Assembly: GCF_056746865.1 (NCBI RefSeq)
Contig: NZ_CM163382.1
Reading direction: 5' to 3' (one strand)
DNA: 64,000 nt
Below are positions 11,429-23,738 of the stretch, one piece after another. A program made the translations under genes and the position numbers. The notes beneath the pieces are model-generated. The model searched no databases. It was not told the origin of the DNA and saw only the letters and a list, made by a program, of their open reading frames with translations. Numbering within the stretch: the stretch's first letter is position 1; each line of letters begins with the position of its first letter.

Positions 11429-11579
11429 ACAGGGTCTCCTTACAACAACTGTCAACGCAGTTTGTAATTAAAAGATTAACCCATATCTGGTGAATGAAAC
11501 AGTGATGAACCTTCTGCCAGATCAATAAATCAGAAAAATTTAATGATATGACAGAAGGATAGTGAGTTATGCGGAAAAA

Positions 11580-12332
11580 TCAGGCAACGTTACGCGTATG
11601 ACCAGCAAGCTGGGCCAGCGCATCGTTATTTTCGATGGTGATGTATTTACCTTTGACTGCCAGCATACCGCTTTTCTGGAAGCGACCCAGCAGACGGCTG
11701 ATGGTTTCTACCGTCAGGCCCAGATAGTTACCGATATCGCCACGAGTCATCGTCAGGCGGAATTCACGAGGGGAGAAGCCGCGTTGGGCAAAACGACGGG
11801 ACAGGTTGTAGATGAATGCAGCCAGACGTTCCTCGGCATTTTTCTTCGACAACAGCAGGATCATGTCCTGATCGCCTTTGATTTCACCGCTCATCAGACG
11901 CATCATCTGCTGACGCAGATTCGGCATTTTACCAGACAAATCGTCCAGCGTTTCGAACGGGATTTCACATACCATCGAGGTTTCCAGCGCCTGCGCGAAG
12001 CTCGGGTGATGACCGCTGCCGATAGCGTCAAATCCCACCAGATCGCCCGCTAAATGGAAACCAGTGATTTGCTCGTCGCCTTGCTCAGTGATGGTATAAC
12101 TTTTAATCGTACCGGAGCGGATGGCATAAAGCGATTTAAGTTCATCTCCAGCCTTAAACAGCGTCTGGCCTTTCTGAATAGGCTTCTTCCGCTCAATGAT
12201 ATTATCAAGCTGATCAAGCTCATGTTCGTTGAGTGTGAACGGGATGCAAAGCTGGCTGATGCTGCAATCCTGGCAATGGATAGCACAACCGCCAGACTGA
12301 ATGCGCCGTATAATTCGCTTTTCCGGGATCAT
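11580..12332 (-). CDS. fnr: Anaerobic global regulator FNR (CRP/FNR family, [4Fe-4S]), 250 aa
   Basis: ORF 11580..12389; start set to internal Met ([29 protein letters not shown]...) for 250 aa; N-terminal Cys cluster and C-terminal HTH. Confidence 0.95.
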
Positions 12333-12526
12333 AGGTCTGCTCAAGCCGTAATTGATATTTGTCAATTTTAACATCTTTTTAGAGAGCAAGTAAGTCTAAG
12401 CAAACCTTAACAGCAGAGAATTCCGATATTAGATGTAAATATATGTCTATCTATTTGAAAACCCTTAAGTTGTTAAGGGTAACTTTACATAAAAGTGTGA
12501 ACAAGCTGGCACAAATTGTTTAATGT

Positions 12527-13042
12527 TTACAGCAAAAGATAACCTTCGTGGCGTAATAACCACTCTTTTCGCTGAACTCCGCCTGCATATCCGGTCATGG
12601 TACCGTTTCTGCCAATGACCCGATGACAAGGCACAACAATGCTGATGGGATTCGATCCGTTTGCCGCACCAACGGCACGCGCCGCACCAGGGCGGCCCAA
12701 TTGTTCAGCCAGTTGGCCGTAATGCATTACCTGCCCGCAGGGGATTGTGCGTAATGTTTTCCAGACTTCGCGCTGAAATGGCGTCCCCCCCGTGGCAGTG
12801 GGAAGCGTATCAATAATGCTAAGATTACCGGCAAAATATTCACGAAGCTTGTCGCTTAAACCACCTGGGTTGGTGGCAGAAATGCGTTCATAGCCTTCTT
12901 TGCGGTAATGGATGTCCAGCAGCTGCACCATGCGTTCGCTGTACTCTTCCCATTCAACCGCCCGCAGGCGAAATTGCTCATCGCAAATCACCCACAGTGG
13001 ACCCAGTGGCGTGACAATTTTTTCTTCAAGTAATCTCAGCAT
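12527..13042 (-). CDS. ogt: O6-methylguanine-DNA methyltransferase, 171 aa
   Basis: active-site motif PCHRVIG present; synteny downstream of fnr. Confidence 0.92.
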   Translation of the reverse strand: MLRLLEEKIVTPLGPLWVICDEQFRLRAVEWEEYSERMVQLLDIHYRKEGYERISATNPGGLSDKLREYFAGNLSIIDTLPTATGGTPFQREVWKTLRTIPCGQVMHYGQLAEQLGRPGAARAVGAANGSNPISIVVPCHRVIGRNGTMTGYAGGVQRKEWLLRHEGYLLL

Positions 13043-13052
13043 CCGTTCTCTC

Positions 13053-14579
13053 TTAAGACAAACGTGGGTAAATCCCCGGACCTATCGGCAGACCGACAAG
13101 ATACCACGCCAGCAACATCAGCAGCCATACCACCAAAAAGATAAGTGGATAGGGCAAAACTAACGAATAGTAAGTACCCAGTTTCGCGTCTGGTTTGTAA
13201 CGTTGCAGGAATCCAAGAAACAGTGGAACAAAAGGAGATACCGGCGCTAAAGGCAATACGGATGAGTCGGCAATACGAAAGAGGATTTGCGCAAATGCCG
13301 GGTGAAAGCCAAGTAGCATAAACATCGGTACGAAAATGGGGGCCAGAATCGACCAGATTGCGGAACCGCTGGCGATAAACATGCATAAGAAAGAGGAAAG
13401 CAACGCCAGACCGACAAACGCCGGGATGCCGCTAAGCCCTGAACTTTCCAGTATATCGGTCAGCCCCACGGCGATGAATTTCCCCATGTTGCTCCAGTTA
13501 AACATGGCGACAAACTGGGCGAGGGGAAAAACCATCACGATAAATCCCGCCATCTCTTTCATCGGTTCAATCATTAAATGCGGTAAATCCGCCTGACGTC
13601 GAATTGTGCGGGTAGCGATGCCATAAGCCAGCGAGACCACAAAGAAAAAAAGAATGATCAGTGGCACGATACCTTTAATAAAGGGGGATGGCATCACGGT
13701 GTGATTAATCGGATCGCGCAATATCCCGTTTTCCGGGATCACCATCAGCGCAATCGCAGCAATAAAAAGTAGCGATACGACACCTGCTATGCGTAAACCA
13801 AAACGCTGACTTTCGGTTAATGTCTGCAGTTTCTCATCGCTGTTTCCCTGCCATTGACCTAAACGTGGCTCAATGATTTTGTCGGTTATCAGGCCGCCAA
13901 CAATCGTCAGTACGACTACGGAGCTGGCCATAAAATACCAGTTATCAATTACACTGACGTGCATTTGCGGATTGAACGCAGCCGCAGCCTCCGTGCTGAT
14001 CCCCGACAGCAACACGTCGGTTGTGACAATCAGTAAATTAGCCGTAAAGCCGCAACCTACGCCTGCAATGGCGGCCAGTAAACCTGCAACTGGATGCCTG
14101 CCCACCGCCAGAAAAATCAGCGCACCCATCGGTGGCATGATCACTAACGCCGCATCGGAAGAAATGTGGCTAAAAAAAGCAATAAACAGCACCATATAAC
14201 TGGCGTAGCGGGCATTCACATGCGATGCCATTTTAACCATCAACGCTGGCAGTAAGCCGACGCGCTCCGCCAGACCGGCACCTAAAACCAGCGCCAGGAT
14301 CGCTCCAAGTGGAGCAAAACCGCTAAAGTTTTTAATAACATTGGGTAAAAACCAGTGTAATACTTCCACACTGAGCAGGTTTTTCACGACCACCGGCGTA
14401 CCATCGGTCGGGTTTTTCGCACTGACGCCAAAGGCCGACAAAATTGCTGTCGTCACCATGAGTACGATAATCAAATAGATAAAGAGCAAAAAAGGATGGG
14501 GCACCTTGTTACCAATTCTTTCGACCCAGCCATAGAGCTTCCCGGATTGGGAGGACGACGGTATGGATGACATACTCAT
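13053..14579 (-). CDS. abgT: p-Aminobenzoyl-glutamate transporter (AbgT family), 508 aa
   Basis: ORF 13053..14585; start set to internal Met for 508 aa; polytopic membrane protein. Confidence 0.88.
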   Translation of the reverse strand: MSMSSIPSSSQSGKLYGWVERIGNKVPHPFLLFIYLIIVLMVTTAILSAFGVSAKNPTDGTPVVVKNLLSVEVLHWFLPNVIKNFSGFAPLGAILALVLGAGLAERVGLLPALMVKMASHVNARYASYMVLFIAFFSHISSDAALVIMPPMGALIFLAVGRHPVAGLLAAIAGVGCGFTANLLIVTTDVLLSGISTEAAAAFNPQMHVSVIDNWYFMASSVVVLTIVGGLITDKIIEPRLGQWQGNSDEKLQTLTESQRFGLRIAGVVSLLFIAAIALMVIPENGILRDPINHTVMPSPFIKGIVPLIILFFFVVSLAYGIATRTIRRQADLPHLMIEPMKEMAGFIVMVFPLAQFVAMFNWSNMGKFIAVGLTDILESSGLSGIPAFVGLALLSSFLCMFIASGSAIWSILAPIFVPMFMLLGFHPAFAQILFRIADSSVLPLAPVSPFVPLFLGFLQRYKPDAKLGTYYSLVLPYPLIFLVVWLLMLLAWYLVGLPIGPGIYPRLS

Positions 14580-14615
14580 GGGCATTCCTCGTTTGTTGTG
14601 TTTGCGTTGTTGTTG

Positions 14616-16061
14616 TTATTTTAAAGGTGACGGTGTCACGTTTTTCGGGATAGGGCAGTGATACGGTTGCGTGTCCGTAACTTGCTGATGCTCTTGTTGG
14701 CATTCTTGCAATAGCCCTGAATCAATGAAGAGATTAAGTGTGGTTGCTGCTATAGTTTTCGCCGCCAGCAGCATTCCTTTATGAGCAATAGATGTTCGCC
14801 CCTGGCTAACCAGTTGCCATGTATGTAGCGGGGTACCGACGGCAAAACAGGGACTGAAACACTGGGCAACAGGCAGTTTCCAACTGACGTCGCCGACATC
14901 AGTTGATGCCGCAAGCACGTTATCGGTGGCGGCATATGGAGCGACTTCATTCGCCAGTACCGTTTCACGATGACGTAGTGCAAAAGCCTTGCCGTTTTCG
15001 CCACCGGTTGCAGCGATATTATTCAGACTGTTTTGACGATCGTTGAGGGTGAGCGTAGCCTGAATTTGTTTCGCAAAAGCCAGTTCTTCGCAGTTCCATT
15101 CCGGAGTACCAAAATGGGATAGGGCTCGGTACATGGCATTTTCTAAGGTGCGATTCGGGAGATAACTGGAACAGGCTTTGTCGAAGCGGCATTCAACCGT
15201 GGTTTCGGTCATCAATGCCGCACCTTCGGCGATTTTGGCGACCCGATCATAAATATGCTGCACATCGGTCATTTCGGGGGCGCGGATAAGATAAAGCACT
15301 TCTGCCTGCGCCTGGACCACGTTGGGCGAGATCCCGCCGCTATCTGTGATGGCATAGTGTACGCGCGCTTTTTCAATAATATGTTCGTTGAGGAAGTTGG
15401 TGCCAGTGGTCATCAACGTTACGGCATCAAGGGCGCTGCGTCCCAAATGAGGGGAATTCGCGGCATGTGCTGCGATCCCTTTAAAGCGCCATGATGCCTG
15501 AATGTTTGCCAGCGTGCGGGTATTGAACATACCGGCAAAGGCTTCCGGGTGCCAGGTGAGTGCCGCATCCACATCATCAAATACCCCCTCGCGGACCATG
15601 AACGTTTTACCCGAGCCGCCTTCTTCGCCAGGACAACCATAAAAGCGCACCGTGCCGCCTTGCCCATATTGTTCCAGCCATTTCTTGACGGCTATTGCTG
15701 CGGCAAAGGCGGCGGTTCCCAGCAAATTGTGTCCGCAACCGTGACCATTTTCACCGGGCGTCGCGGATGTAGGTTGCGCGCAACCTGCTTGCTGACTTAA
15801 ACCTGCCAGGGCGTCATATTCCCCCAGCAGGGCGATAACCGGTTTGCCTTGACCAAACGAAGCAATAAAGGCATTTGGGATATTGCCTACGTTGCGGGTA
15901 ACGGTGAAGCCTGCAGACTCCAGCGCCGAAGCCAGATGCTCCGCTGACCAGAACTCTTCAAAACGTGTTTCTGGATGATCCCAGATTTGATCGGCAATAT
16001 CGGTATAACGTTGGCGATCGGCTTCAATCGCATCGTCGATAAAACGATAGATTTCCTGCAT
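14616..16061 (-). CDS. abgB: p-Aminobenzoyl-glutamate hydrolase subunit B (M20 peptidase), 481 aa
   Basis: M20 family features; start overlaps abgA stop by 1 nt. Confidence 0.88.
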   Translation of the reverse strand: MQEIYRFIDDAIEADRQRYTDIADQIWDHPETRFEEFWSAEHLASALESAGFTVTRNVGNIPNAFIASFGQGKPVIALLGEYDALAGLSQQAGCAQPTSATPGENGHGCGHNLLGTAAFAAAIAVKKWLEQYGQGGTVRFYGCPGEEGGSGKTFMVREGVFDDVDAALTWHPEAFAGMFNTRTLANIQASWRFKGIAAHAANSPHLGRSALDAVTLMTTGTNFLNEHIIEKARVHYAITDSGGISPNVVQAQAEVLYLIRAPEMTDVQHIYDRVAKIAEGAALMTETTVECRFDKACSSYLPNRTLENAMYRALSHFGTPEWNCEELAFAKQIQATLTLNDRQNSLNNIAATGGENGKAFALRHRETVLANEVAPYAATDNVLAASTDVGDVSWKLPVAQCFSPCFAVGTPLHTWQLVSQGRTSIAHKGMLLAAKTIAATTLNLFIDSGLLQECQQEHQQVTDTQPYHCPIPKNVTPSPLK

Positions 16062-17371
16062 CAGATACCTCGCGTCCAGGGAAAATTGAGCGCGGTGCGC
16101 GCCAGCGTTTCGACGGCAATAGCGAGAACCTGCTCGTCAAAATCGAATTTTTCGTTGTGATGACCTGCCGCCAGCTGTGTGCCAAACACCATATAGGAGG
16201 CTTGCCCTTTATGTTGCTGCACGCGGGCCATCATTAATGTGGCATCTTCGGAACCCGCAGGCGCTTCAACACGTTCAATGGCTTGATTGACCCCCGGGAC
16301 CTGAGCTGCCTGACTTTGCAACCATGCGACCCATTGCGGCGAAGGAGAACTGGCGGTAGCTGCACCCATCAGACGAGTTTCAACGCCGACACCATACATG
16401 GTTGCTGCGCCCTGAATCGCTTGTTGTGCACGTTCAAAAACATATTGATTAATGACGTCGCTGGCCCCGCGTGTTTCCACTTTCAGCAACGCTGAGGCGG
16501 GAACAACATTACGACCGCTTCCTGCCTGCATAACGCCCACGTTTACTCTGGAAGCGCCTTCGCTGTGCGGGGCGATTGCATGCAGTGCAAGAGTTGCTTG
16601 TGCTGCCGCCAACAAGGCATTGTGACCGTCTTCTGGTTTTGCGCCTGCGTGAGCGGCGGTCCCGGTGAAGTGCGCGTCAAATTTGGTGGTTGCCATAAAA
16701 TTATCACTGCCGCACACCACGGTGCCCGCAGGTACGCCAGTGCCAATGTGCACGGCAGTAAAATAATCAACATCATCCACTACACCTGCATCGACCATCG
16801 CCCGCGCGCCACGCGTACCTTCTTCTGCAGGTTGAAAAATCAGTTTGATGACGCCATGTAGTCCGGACTCGAACTGTTTAAGGGTATGCGCCAGCCCAAG
16901 TCCAATGGCGGTATGTCCATCATGACCACAGGCATGCATCATTCCGGCGTTACATGACGCAAAACCGTCGCGGTAGGGGCGATGGCTGACATCCCGTTCT
17001 TCACTGAGATCCAGCGCGTCCATATCGACACGGAAAGCCATCACCGGACCGGGGCGACCGGTATCCAGGGTAGCGACGATGCCAGTGAAACCGCCTTCAA
17101 AAGCCGCAATCCATTGTTCTAGCGCACCCTGTTGACGAGCGCGCTCGAATTCGCGTTGTAGAGTGAATTCATCAGGTAATCCCATCCGGCTACTTTCATT
17201 AACTACTTCGCGGCCCAGCGCCAGTGAATAACCGAGCTGGTGCAATTCTTCCGCAACAAGGGTGGCAGTGCGGAATTCCACCCAGCCAGACTCTGCATAG
17301 TGGTGAAAATCACGTCGCCAGTGCGATAATTTTGGGGCAAGCGAATTAATAAATTGATTCAAAGACTCCAT
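16061..17371 (-). CDS. abgA: p-Aminobenzoyl-glutamate hydrolase subunit A (M20 peptidase), 436 aa
   Basis: ORF 16061..17386; start set to internal Met for 436 aa. Confidence 0.88.
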   Translation of the reverse strand: MESLNQFINSLAPKLSHWRRDFHHYAESGWVEFRTATLVAEELHQLGYSLALGREVVNESSRMGLPDEFTLQREFERARQQGALEQWIAAFEGGFTGIVATLDTGRPGPVMAFRVDMDALDLSEERDVSHRPYRDGFASCNAGMMHACGHDGHTAIGLGLAHTLKQFESGLHGVIKLIFQPAEEGTRGARAMVDAGVVDDVDYFTAVHIGTGVPAGTVVCGSDNFMATTKFDAHFTGTAAHAGAKPEDGHNALLAAAQATLALHAIAPHSEGASRVNVGVMQAGSGRNVVPASALLKVETRGASDVINQYVFERAQQAIQGAATMYGVGVETRLMGAATASSPSPQWVAWLQSQAAQVPGVNQAIERVEAPAGSEDATLMMARVQQHKGQASYMVFGTQLAAGHHNEKFDFDEQVLAIAVETLARTALNFPWTRGI

Positions 17372-17546
17372 AACCTTTCCCGTCATCAGTAAAAAGTGTG
17401 ACCCGGTTCACGTAGCGATAGTTTTTACTTATCACTAACTGATTTTTCACAGTTTTAACCGTTCATAAATTACCCTGACACAATCATCTGCATTAAAGTA
17501 GATGCCAGTTTCTTTGGTCTGATAAATAACGGTTATCGGTGGCGTC

Positions 17547-18455
17547 ATGGCTTTTCAGGTAAAAATTCATCAAATTCGGGCTTTTGTTGAAGTGGCTCGT
17601 CAGGGCAGCATTCGCGGAGCGAGCCGAATGTTGAATCTGTCGCAACCGGCACTGAGTAAATCTATTCAGGAGCTGGAAGAAGGGTTGGCGGCACAACTCT
17701 TTTTTCGCCGTAGTAAAGGCGTGACGTTAACTGATGCCGGTGAAAGTTTTTATCAGCACGCCAGTCTTATTCTTGAAGAGCTGCGCGCAGCGCAAGAGGA
17801 TATTCGCCAACGACAAGGGCAACTGGCAGGGCAAATTAATATCGGCATGGGGGCCAGTATTTCCCGCAGTCTGATGCCAGCTGTCATATCTCGTTTTCAT
17901 CAGCAGCATCCGCAGGTAAAAGTACGCATTATGGAAGGGCAACTGGTATCGATGATTAATGAATTGCGCCAGGGGGAACTGGATTTCACCATCAATACCT
18001 ATTATCAGGGACCCTACGACCACGAATTTACTTTTGAGAAATTACTGGAAAAGCAATTCGCGATCTTTTGCCGCCCGGGACATCCCGCCATTGGTGCCCG
18101 TTCGATCAAACAGTTACTGGACTACAGCTGGACAATGCCGACGCCACACGGCAGCTACTACAAACACTTGAGTGAATTGCTTGACGATCAGGCGCAAACG
18201 CCACAGGTCGGCGTAGTCTGCGAGACGTTCTCAGCCTGTATCAGTCTGGTGGCAAAAAGCGATTTTCTCAGCATACTACCTGAAGAAATGGGCTGCGATC
18301 CCTTGCACGGACAGGGGCTGGTGATGTTGCCGGTTAGCGAAATTTTACCGAAAGCGACCTATTATTTGATTCAGCGGCGTGATAGTCGCCAGACACCACT
18401 GACCGCGTCATTAATCACGCAATTTCGGCGAGAATGCGGCTATCTGCAAAGTTAA
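17547..18455 (+). CDS. abgR: LysR-family regulator of the abg operon, 302 aa
   Basis: divergent from abgA; N-terminal HTH IHQIRAFVEVARQGSIRGASRMLNLSQPALSKSIQELE. Confidence 0.88.
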   Translation: MAFQVKIHQIRAFVEVARQGSIRGASRMLNLSQPALSKSIQELEEGLAAQLFFRRSKGVTLTDAGESFYQHASLILEELRAAQEDIRQRQGQLAGQINIGMGASISRSLMPAVISRFHQQHPQVKVRIMEGQLVSMINELRQGELDFTINTYYQGPYDHEFTFEKLLEKQFAIFCRPGHPAIGARSIKQLLDYSWTMPTPHGSYYKHLSELLDDQAQTPQVGVVCETFSACISLVAKSDFLSILPEEMGCDPLHGQGLVMLPVSEILPKATYYLIQRRDSRQTPLTASLITQFRRECGYLQS

Positions 18456-18784
18456 AACTGCATAAAAAAATAGAGTCTGTCGACATCCGCCAGACTCTAC
18501 AGTACACACAGCAGTGCATCCGCGTCTTAAATCCGGCATGGTCTCCTCTGCGCCGGTGACTGTGTTATAACGGTTTTAACCTTTAGTTGCCAATTTTCTT
18601 CAGTGACAGATTTCACGAAAATATAAGTTACATTATTAATATCGTGAATGAATAATCATGCATAAGCATTTTGCTTAAAATATCGGCAATATTTGGAACT
18701 TATTACTGGAAATTTGGGTAATACGTTGTTGGACCGACCCGGTCTGGTTATCATATCGCGCTCTTAATTGCGGGAGGATGTAAC

Positions 18785-19348
18785 ATGAACCTTGACGACA
18801 AATCGCTGTTTCTTGACGCCATGGAAGATGTCCAGCCGCTGAAACGTGCTACAGATGTCCACTGGCATCCAACGCGTAACCAACGTGCGCCGCAGCGTAT
18901 CGACACGCTGCAACTTGATAATTTCCTCACCACTGGATTTCTCGACATCATCCCGCTAAGTCAGCCGCTGGAGTTTCGGCGGGAAGGGTTGCAACATGGG
19001 GTGCTGGATAAGCTGCGCAGTGGTAAATATCCGCAACAGGCGAGCCTGAATCTTTTGCGCCAGCCGGTGGAAGAGTGCCGCAAAATGATGTTCAGTTTCA
19101 TTCAACAAGCCATGGCGGATGGTTTGCGTAATGTGCTGATTATTCATGGTAAAGGGCGGGAAGATAAATCGCATGCCAATATTGTCCGCAGCTATGTGGC
19201 GCGCTGGCTGACCGAATTTGATGATGTTCAGGCATATTGCACCGCGCTACCGCATCATGGCGGCAGCGGGGCGTGTTACGTCGCACTACGTAAAACGGCG
19301 CAGGCGAAGCAAGAAAACTGGGAGCGCCACGCTAAGCGCAGTCGTTGA
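18785..19348 (+). CDS. smrA: Smr-domain DNA endonuclease, 187 aa
   Basis: C-terminal Smr domain (IIHGKGRED...); synteny (formerly ydaL). Confidence 0.82.
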   Translation: MNLDDKSLFLDAMEDVQPLKRATDVHWHPTRNQRAPQRIDTLQLDNFLTTGFLDIIPLSQPLEFRREGLQHGVLDKLRSGKYPQQASLNLLRQPVEECRKMMFSFIQQAMADGLRNVLIIHGKGREDKSHANIVRSYVARWLTEFDDVQAYCTALPHHGGSGACYVALRKTAQAKQENWERHAKRSR

Positions 19349-19368
19349 TCTCGAGACGCATCCGCGGC

Positions 19369-20601
19369 TTATGCCGCCAGCACGCGGTTGCGTCCATCAT
19401 TTTTCGCCCGATACAAAGCATCATCAACGCGTTTAAACAGTTCATCGATGCTTTCATTTCCTTCGTGATGCGCCACACCAATGCTGACGGTAAAGCGTGG
19501 TAAGCCCGAAATACTCACTTTTGCCACGCTTACGCGGATAGTTTCAGCCAGCGAAAGCGCGGTATCCAGTGGGGTTCTTGGTAGCAATAAGACAAACTCT
19601 TCGCCTCCCCAACGAAACACCAAATCGCCTTTGCGAGCGCAACTTTCGAGGGTGCGGGCGAGGGCGCATAACACCTCATCACCTTTAGAATGCCCATAGA
19701 GATCGTTAATGTGTTTAAAACGATCGGTGTCGATGAGCAATAAGCTGTAATCCTGAGCGATGGCGAGGTGCTGCATTTGGCCTGGCTCGGTAATGTGGTA
19801 AAACTGTCGCCGATTCAGTAATCCGGTCATCGCGTCATGGTGGGCAGCATGTTCCAGCTGCTCCTCCAGCCGTTTTTGCTCAGTAATATCATGCACAATA
19901 CATAACATGAGCTTGTCGCCATAAATTTCAATCGGCCCAGCATAGGTCTGCACATGACGAGTCGAACCATCCGCCAGTTTATGAACAAAATTCAAAGGCT
20001 TATGGCCACCGGGTAAATGCGAAATTTCATGCATGATAGGCATGACGCGTCGCCCGAGCATATTTATTTCCCAGGTATGTTTCTGGCACATCGTTTCATG
20101 GTTATAGCCATAGAAATTGAGCGCGGCGAGGTTAGCATCGACGATTTGGCCATCTCGTGAGGGGTCAATCAACAACATTGGTGCAGAGTTAGTCAGAAAA
20201 AAGCGCGCATAAAAACCTTGTTTTTTGCGCTGATAATTTGCCGAGCGACTGGCTTTTAAACCCAGCGTTGCCGGTGCTTCGATACCTTCGAAAATAATCA
20301 CCGGTTCTGCTTCTGTCAGCTTTCGCAAAACAAGCCGACAGCTTAATGCTGTTTCCTCTTCTTTACGTTGAACGGTGAGGATTTCGATAATATCGTGTTG
20401 GTTTTGCAGATCGGAGAGGTATTTTGGCAGTTCTTTTTGTGAGGAGACGGAATAGGGACCGGTTCGTAGCTGACTAAACGTGAGGTCTTGCATCAACAGT
20501 CGCGCCGCGCTATTGGCATAAATTAACTGTTCCTCAAAGGGCGAAACGATCCAGACAGGACTGGTGAGTAAGTCCAGGGTATTGAAGTTGTGCGTAATCA
20601 T
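19369..20601 (-). CDS. dgcM: Diguanylate cyclase (tandem PAS + GGDEF), 410 aa
   Basis: ORF 19369..20661; start set to internal Met for 410 aa; GGEEF motif (RWGGEEFVLLL). Confidence 0.88.
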   Translation of the reverse strand: MITHNFNTLDLLTSPVWIVSPFEEQLIYANSAARLLMQDLTFSQLRTGPYSVSSQKELPKYLSDLQNQHDIIEILTVQRKEEETALSCRLVLRKLTEAEPVIIFEGIEAPATLGLKASRSANYQRKKQGFYARFFLTNSAPMLLIDPSRDGQIVDANLAALNFYGYNHETMCQKHTWEINMLGRRVMPIMHEISHLPGGHKPLNFVHKLADGSTRHVQTYAGPIEIYGDKLMLCIVHDITEQKRLEEQLEHAAHHDAMTGLLNRRQFYHITEPGQMQHLAIAQDYSLLLIDTDRFKHINDLYGHSKGDEVLCALARTLESCARKGDLVFRWGGEEFVLLLPRTPLDTALSLAETIRVSVAKVSISGLPRFTVSIGVAHHEGNESIDELFKRVDDALYRAKNDGRNRVLAA

Positions 20602-20834
20602 TGAGATCCCGTTATTTTTATCAATTTTTGTTGCTATCCGATCGCAAAAAAGCCACGTCATATGATCAGATAATTCTGATAATGATAGACGCTATTTAAC
20701 ACTTCACACGGTTTGTATACGGAAAAGCATTTTGCTTTTTGTATTCAATTTAGACAGAATTTTATTAATCATTTCAGGGTAATGGGGTGATGAGATGTTG
20801 CGTAACAGGGCCAGAAGGCTAGACTACAAAATAA

Positions 20835-21839
<1,005 letters not shown>

Positions 21840-21885
21840 CAAAAGAAATTTTCCCAGCTGTCTGTATACAAAAACGCCGCAAAGT

Positions 21886-21899
21886 TTGAGCGAAGTCAA
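21886..21899. promoter_or_regulatory. FNR binding site of the fnrS promoter
   Basis: TTGAG-cgaa-GTCAA dyad centred about 42 bp upstream of the fnrS 5' end (class II position). Confidence 0.7.
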
Positions 21900-21934
21900 T
21901 AAACTCTCTACCCATTCAGGGCAATATCTCTCTT

Positions 21935-22056
21935 GCAGGTGAATGCAACGTCAAGCGATGGGCGTTGCGCTCCATATTGTCTTACTTCCTTTTTTGAATT
22001 ACTGCATAGCACAATTGATTCGTACGACGCCGACTTTGATGAGTCGGCTTTTTTTT
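21935..22056 (+). ncRNA. fnrS: FnrS small regulatory RNA
   Basis: sequence gcaggtgaatgcaacgtcaagcgatgggcg...cgccgactttgatgagtcggcttttttttt matches FnrS as I recall it, with an intrinsic terminator at the 3' end. Confidence 0.88.
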
Positions 22057-22114
22057 TGCCTGTTATTTATCAGCGTCTACCCTTTAAGAGTCCACCCAAT
22101 GACCGGAGGGAAAT

Positions 22115-22288
22115 ATGACGACACTTATTTATTTGCAAATTCCTGTCCCTGAACCGATTCCTGGCGATCCTGTTCCAGTGCCCGATCCGATCCCTCGCCC
22201 GCAACCCATGCCTGACCCACCACCCGATGAAGAACCGATTAAATTGTCGCATCGTGAGCGTAGATCTGCGAGGATACGCGCCTGCTGA
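22115..22288 (+). CDS. Proline-rich small ORF (57 aa) immediately upstream of dbpA; hypothetical
   Basis: ATG preceded by GGAGGG at 5-nt spacing; translation MTTLIYLQIPVPEPIPGDPVPVPDPIPRPQPMPDPPPDEEPIKLSHRERRSARIRAC; below the 60-aa cut-off of the ORF track. Confidence 0.4.
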   Translation: MTTLIYLQIPVPEPIPGDPVPVPDPIPRPQPMPDPPPDEEPIKLSHRERRSARIRAC

Positions 22289-22317
22289 CTTTGCGTCGAT
22301 GACCACGAGAATAGATT

Positions 22318-23691
22318 GTGACCGCTTTTTCTACCCTGAATGTTTTGCCTCCCGCCCAACTCACGAACCTTGATGAGTTGGGTTATTTAACCATGACGCC
22401 GGTGCAGGCCGCCGCGCTTCCGGCGATCCTTGCCGGAAAAGATGTTCGCGTGCAGGCGAAAACCGGCAGCGGCAAAACGGCGGCTTTTGGCCTCGGCTTG
22501 TTACAGCAAATTGATGCGTCGCTATTTCAAACCCAGGCTTTAGTGCTGTGTCCTACGCGTGAACTGGCGGATCAGGTGGCAGGTGAATTGCGTCGGCTGG
22601 CGCGTTTTCTGCCAAATACCAAAATTTTGACGTTGTGCGGTGGTCAACCGTTCGGTATGCAGCGTGATTCGTTGCAACATGCGCCGCATATTATCGTGGC
22701 AACGCCGGGCCGTTTGTTGGATCATCTGCAAAAAGGCACGGTATCACTGGATGCGTTGAATACGCTGGTGATGGATGAGGCCGATCGCATGCTGGATATG
22801 GGATTTAGCGATGCCATTGATGATGTCATCCGTTTTGCGCCTGCATCTCGACAGACGCTTCTGTTTTCGGCAACCTGGCCGGAAGCCATCGCCGCAATCA
22901 GCGGACGAGTGCAACGCGATCCTTTAGCGATTGAAATTGACTCAACAGATGCTCTGCCACCTATTGAACAACAATTTTATGAGACATCCAGCAAAGGCAA
23001 AATTCCGTTGTTGCAAAGGTTATTAAGTTTGCATCAGCCATCCTCTTGCGTGGTGTTTTGCAATACCAAAAAAGATTGCCAGGCTGTCTGCGACGCGCTG
23101 AATGAAGTAGGGCAAAGTGCATTGTCGTTACACGGCGATCTGGAGCAACGTGATCGCGATCAGACCCTGGTACGTTTTGCTAACGGTAGCGCCCGTGTAC
23201 TGGTTGCGACTGATGTTGCTGCTCGAGGTCTGGATATTAAATCGCTTGAGCTGGTGGTGAACTTTGAGCTGGCGTGGGATCCTGAAGTTCATGTACATCG
23301 CATCGGTCGTACAGCGCGTGCAGGAAATAGCGGTCTGGCGATCAGTTTCTGTGCCCCGGAAGAAGCACAGCGGGCCAATATCATTTCTGACATGTTGCAG
23401 ATAAAACTTAACTGGCAAACGCCGCCAGTTAATAGTTCCATTGTGCCGCTGGAAGCCGAAATGGCAACGTTATGTATCGATGGCGGGAAAAAAGCCAAAA
23501 TGCGCCCGGGTGATGTATTAGGTGCGCTGACAGGAGATATCGGGCTTGATGGCGCAGATATTGGCAAAATCGCCGTGCATCCGGCGCATGTCTATGTCGC
23601 GGTGCGTCAGGCTGTTGCTCATAAAGCATGGAAACAGTTACAGGGCGGGAAGATTAAAGGAAAAACGTGCCGGGTGCGGTTATTAAAATAA
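22318..23691 (+). CDS. dbpA: ATP-dependent DEAD-box RNA helicase DbpA (23S rRNA-specific), 457 aa
   Basis: GTG start; Walker A AKTGSGKT, DEAD box (VMDEAD), SAT motif. Confidence 0.92.
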   Translation: MTAFSTLNVLPPAQLTNLDELGYLTMTPVQAAALPAILAGKDVRVQAKTGSGKTAAFGLGLLQQIDASLFQTQALVLCPTRELADQVAGELRRLARFLPNTKILTLCGGQPFGMQRDSLQHAPHIIVATPGRLLDHLQKGTVSLDALNTLVMDEADRMLDMGFSDAIDDVIRFAPASRQTLLFSATWPEAIAAISGRVQRDPLAIEIDSTDALPPIEQQFYETSSKGKIPLLQRLLSLHQPSSCVVFCNTKKDCQAVCDALNEVGQSALSLHGDLEQRDRDQTLVRFANGSARVLVATDVAARGLDIKSLELVVNFELAWDPEVHVHRIGRTARAGNSGLAISFCAPEEAQRANIISDMLQIKLNWQTPPVNSSIVPLEAEMATLCIDGGKKAKMRPGDVLGALTGDIGLDGADIGKIAVHPAHVYVAVRQAVAHKAWKQLQGGKIKGKTCRVRLLK

Positions 23692-23738
23692 TGAAATGTT
23701 GAATCGCAGGGTGCAAGAGTCAACATCTTCTTCGGGAT

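Noticed and set aside
11562-12053. 163-aa + strand ORF overlapping fnr
   Set aside because: It is antisense to the well-supported fnr coding sequence.
18471-18499. Hairpin (agagtctg...cagactct) downstream of abgR as an intrinsic terminator
   Set aside because: No T-tract follows the stem, so it is not a convincing rho-independent terminator.
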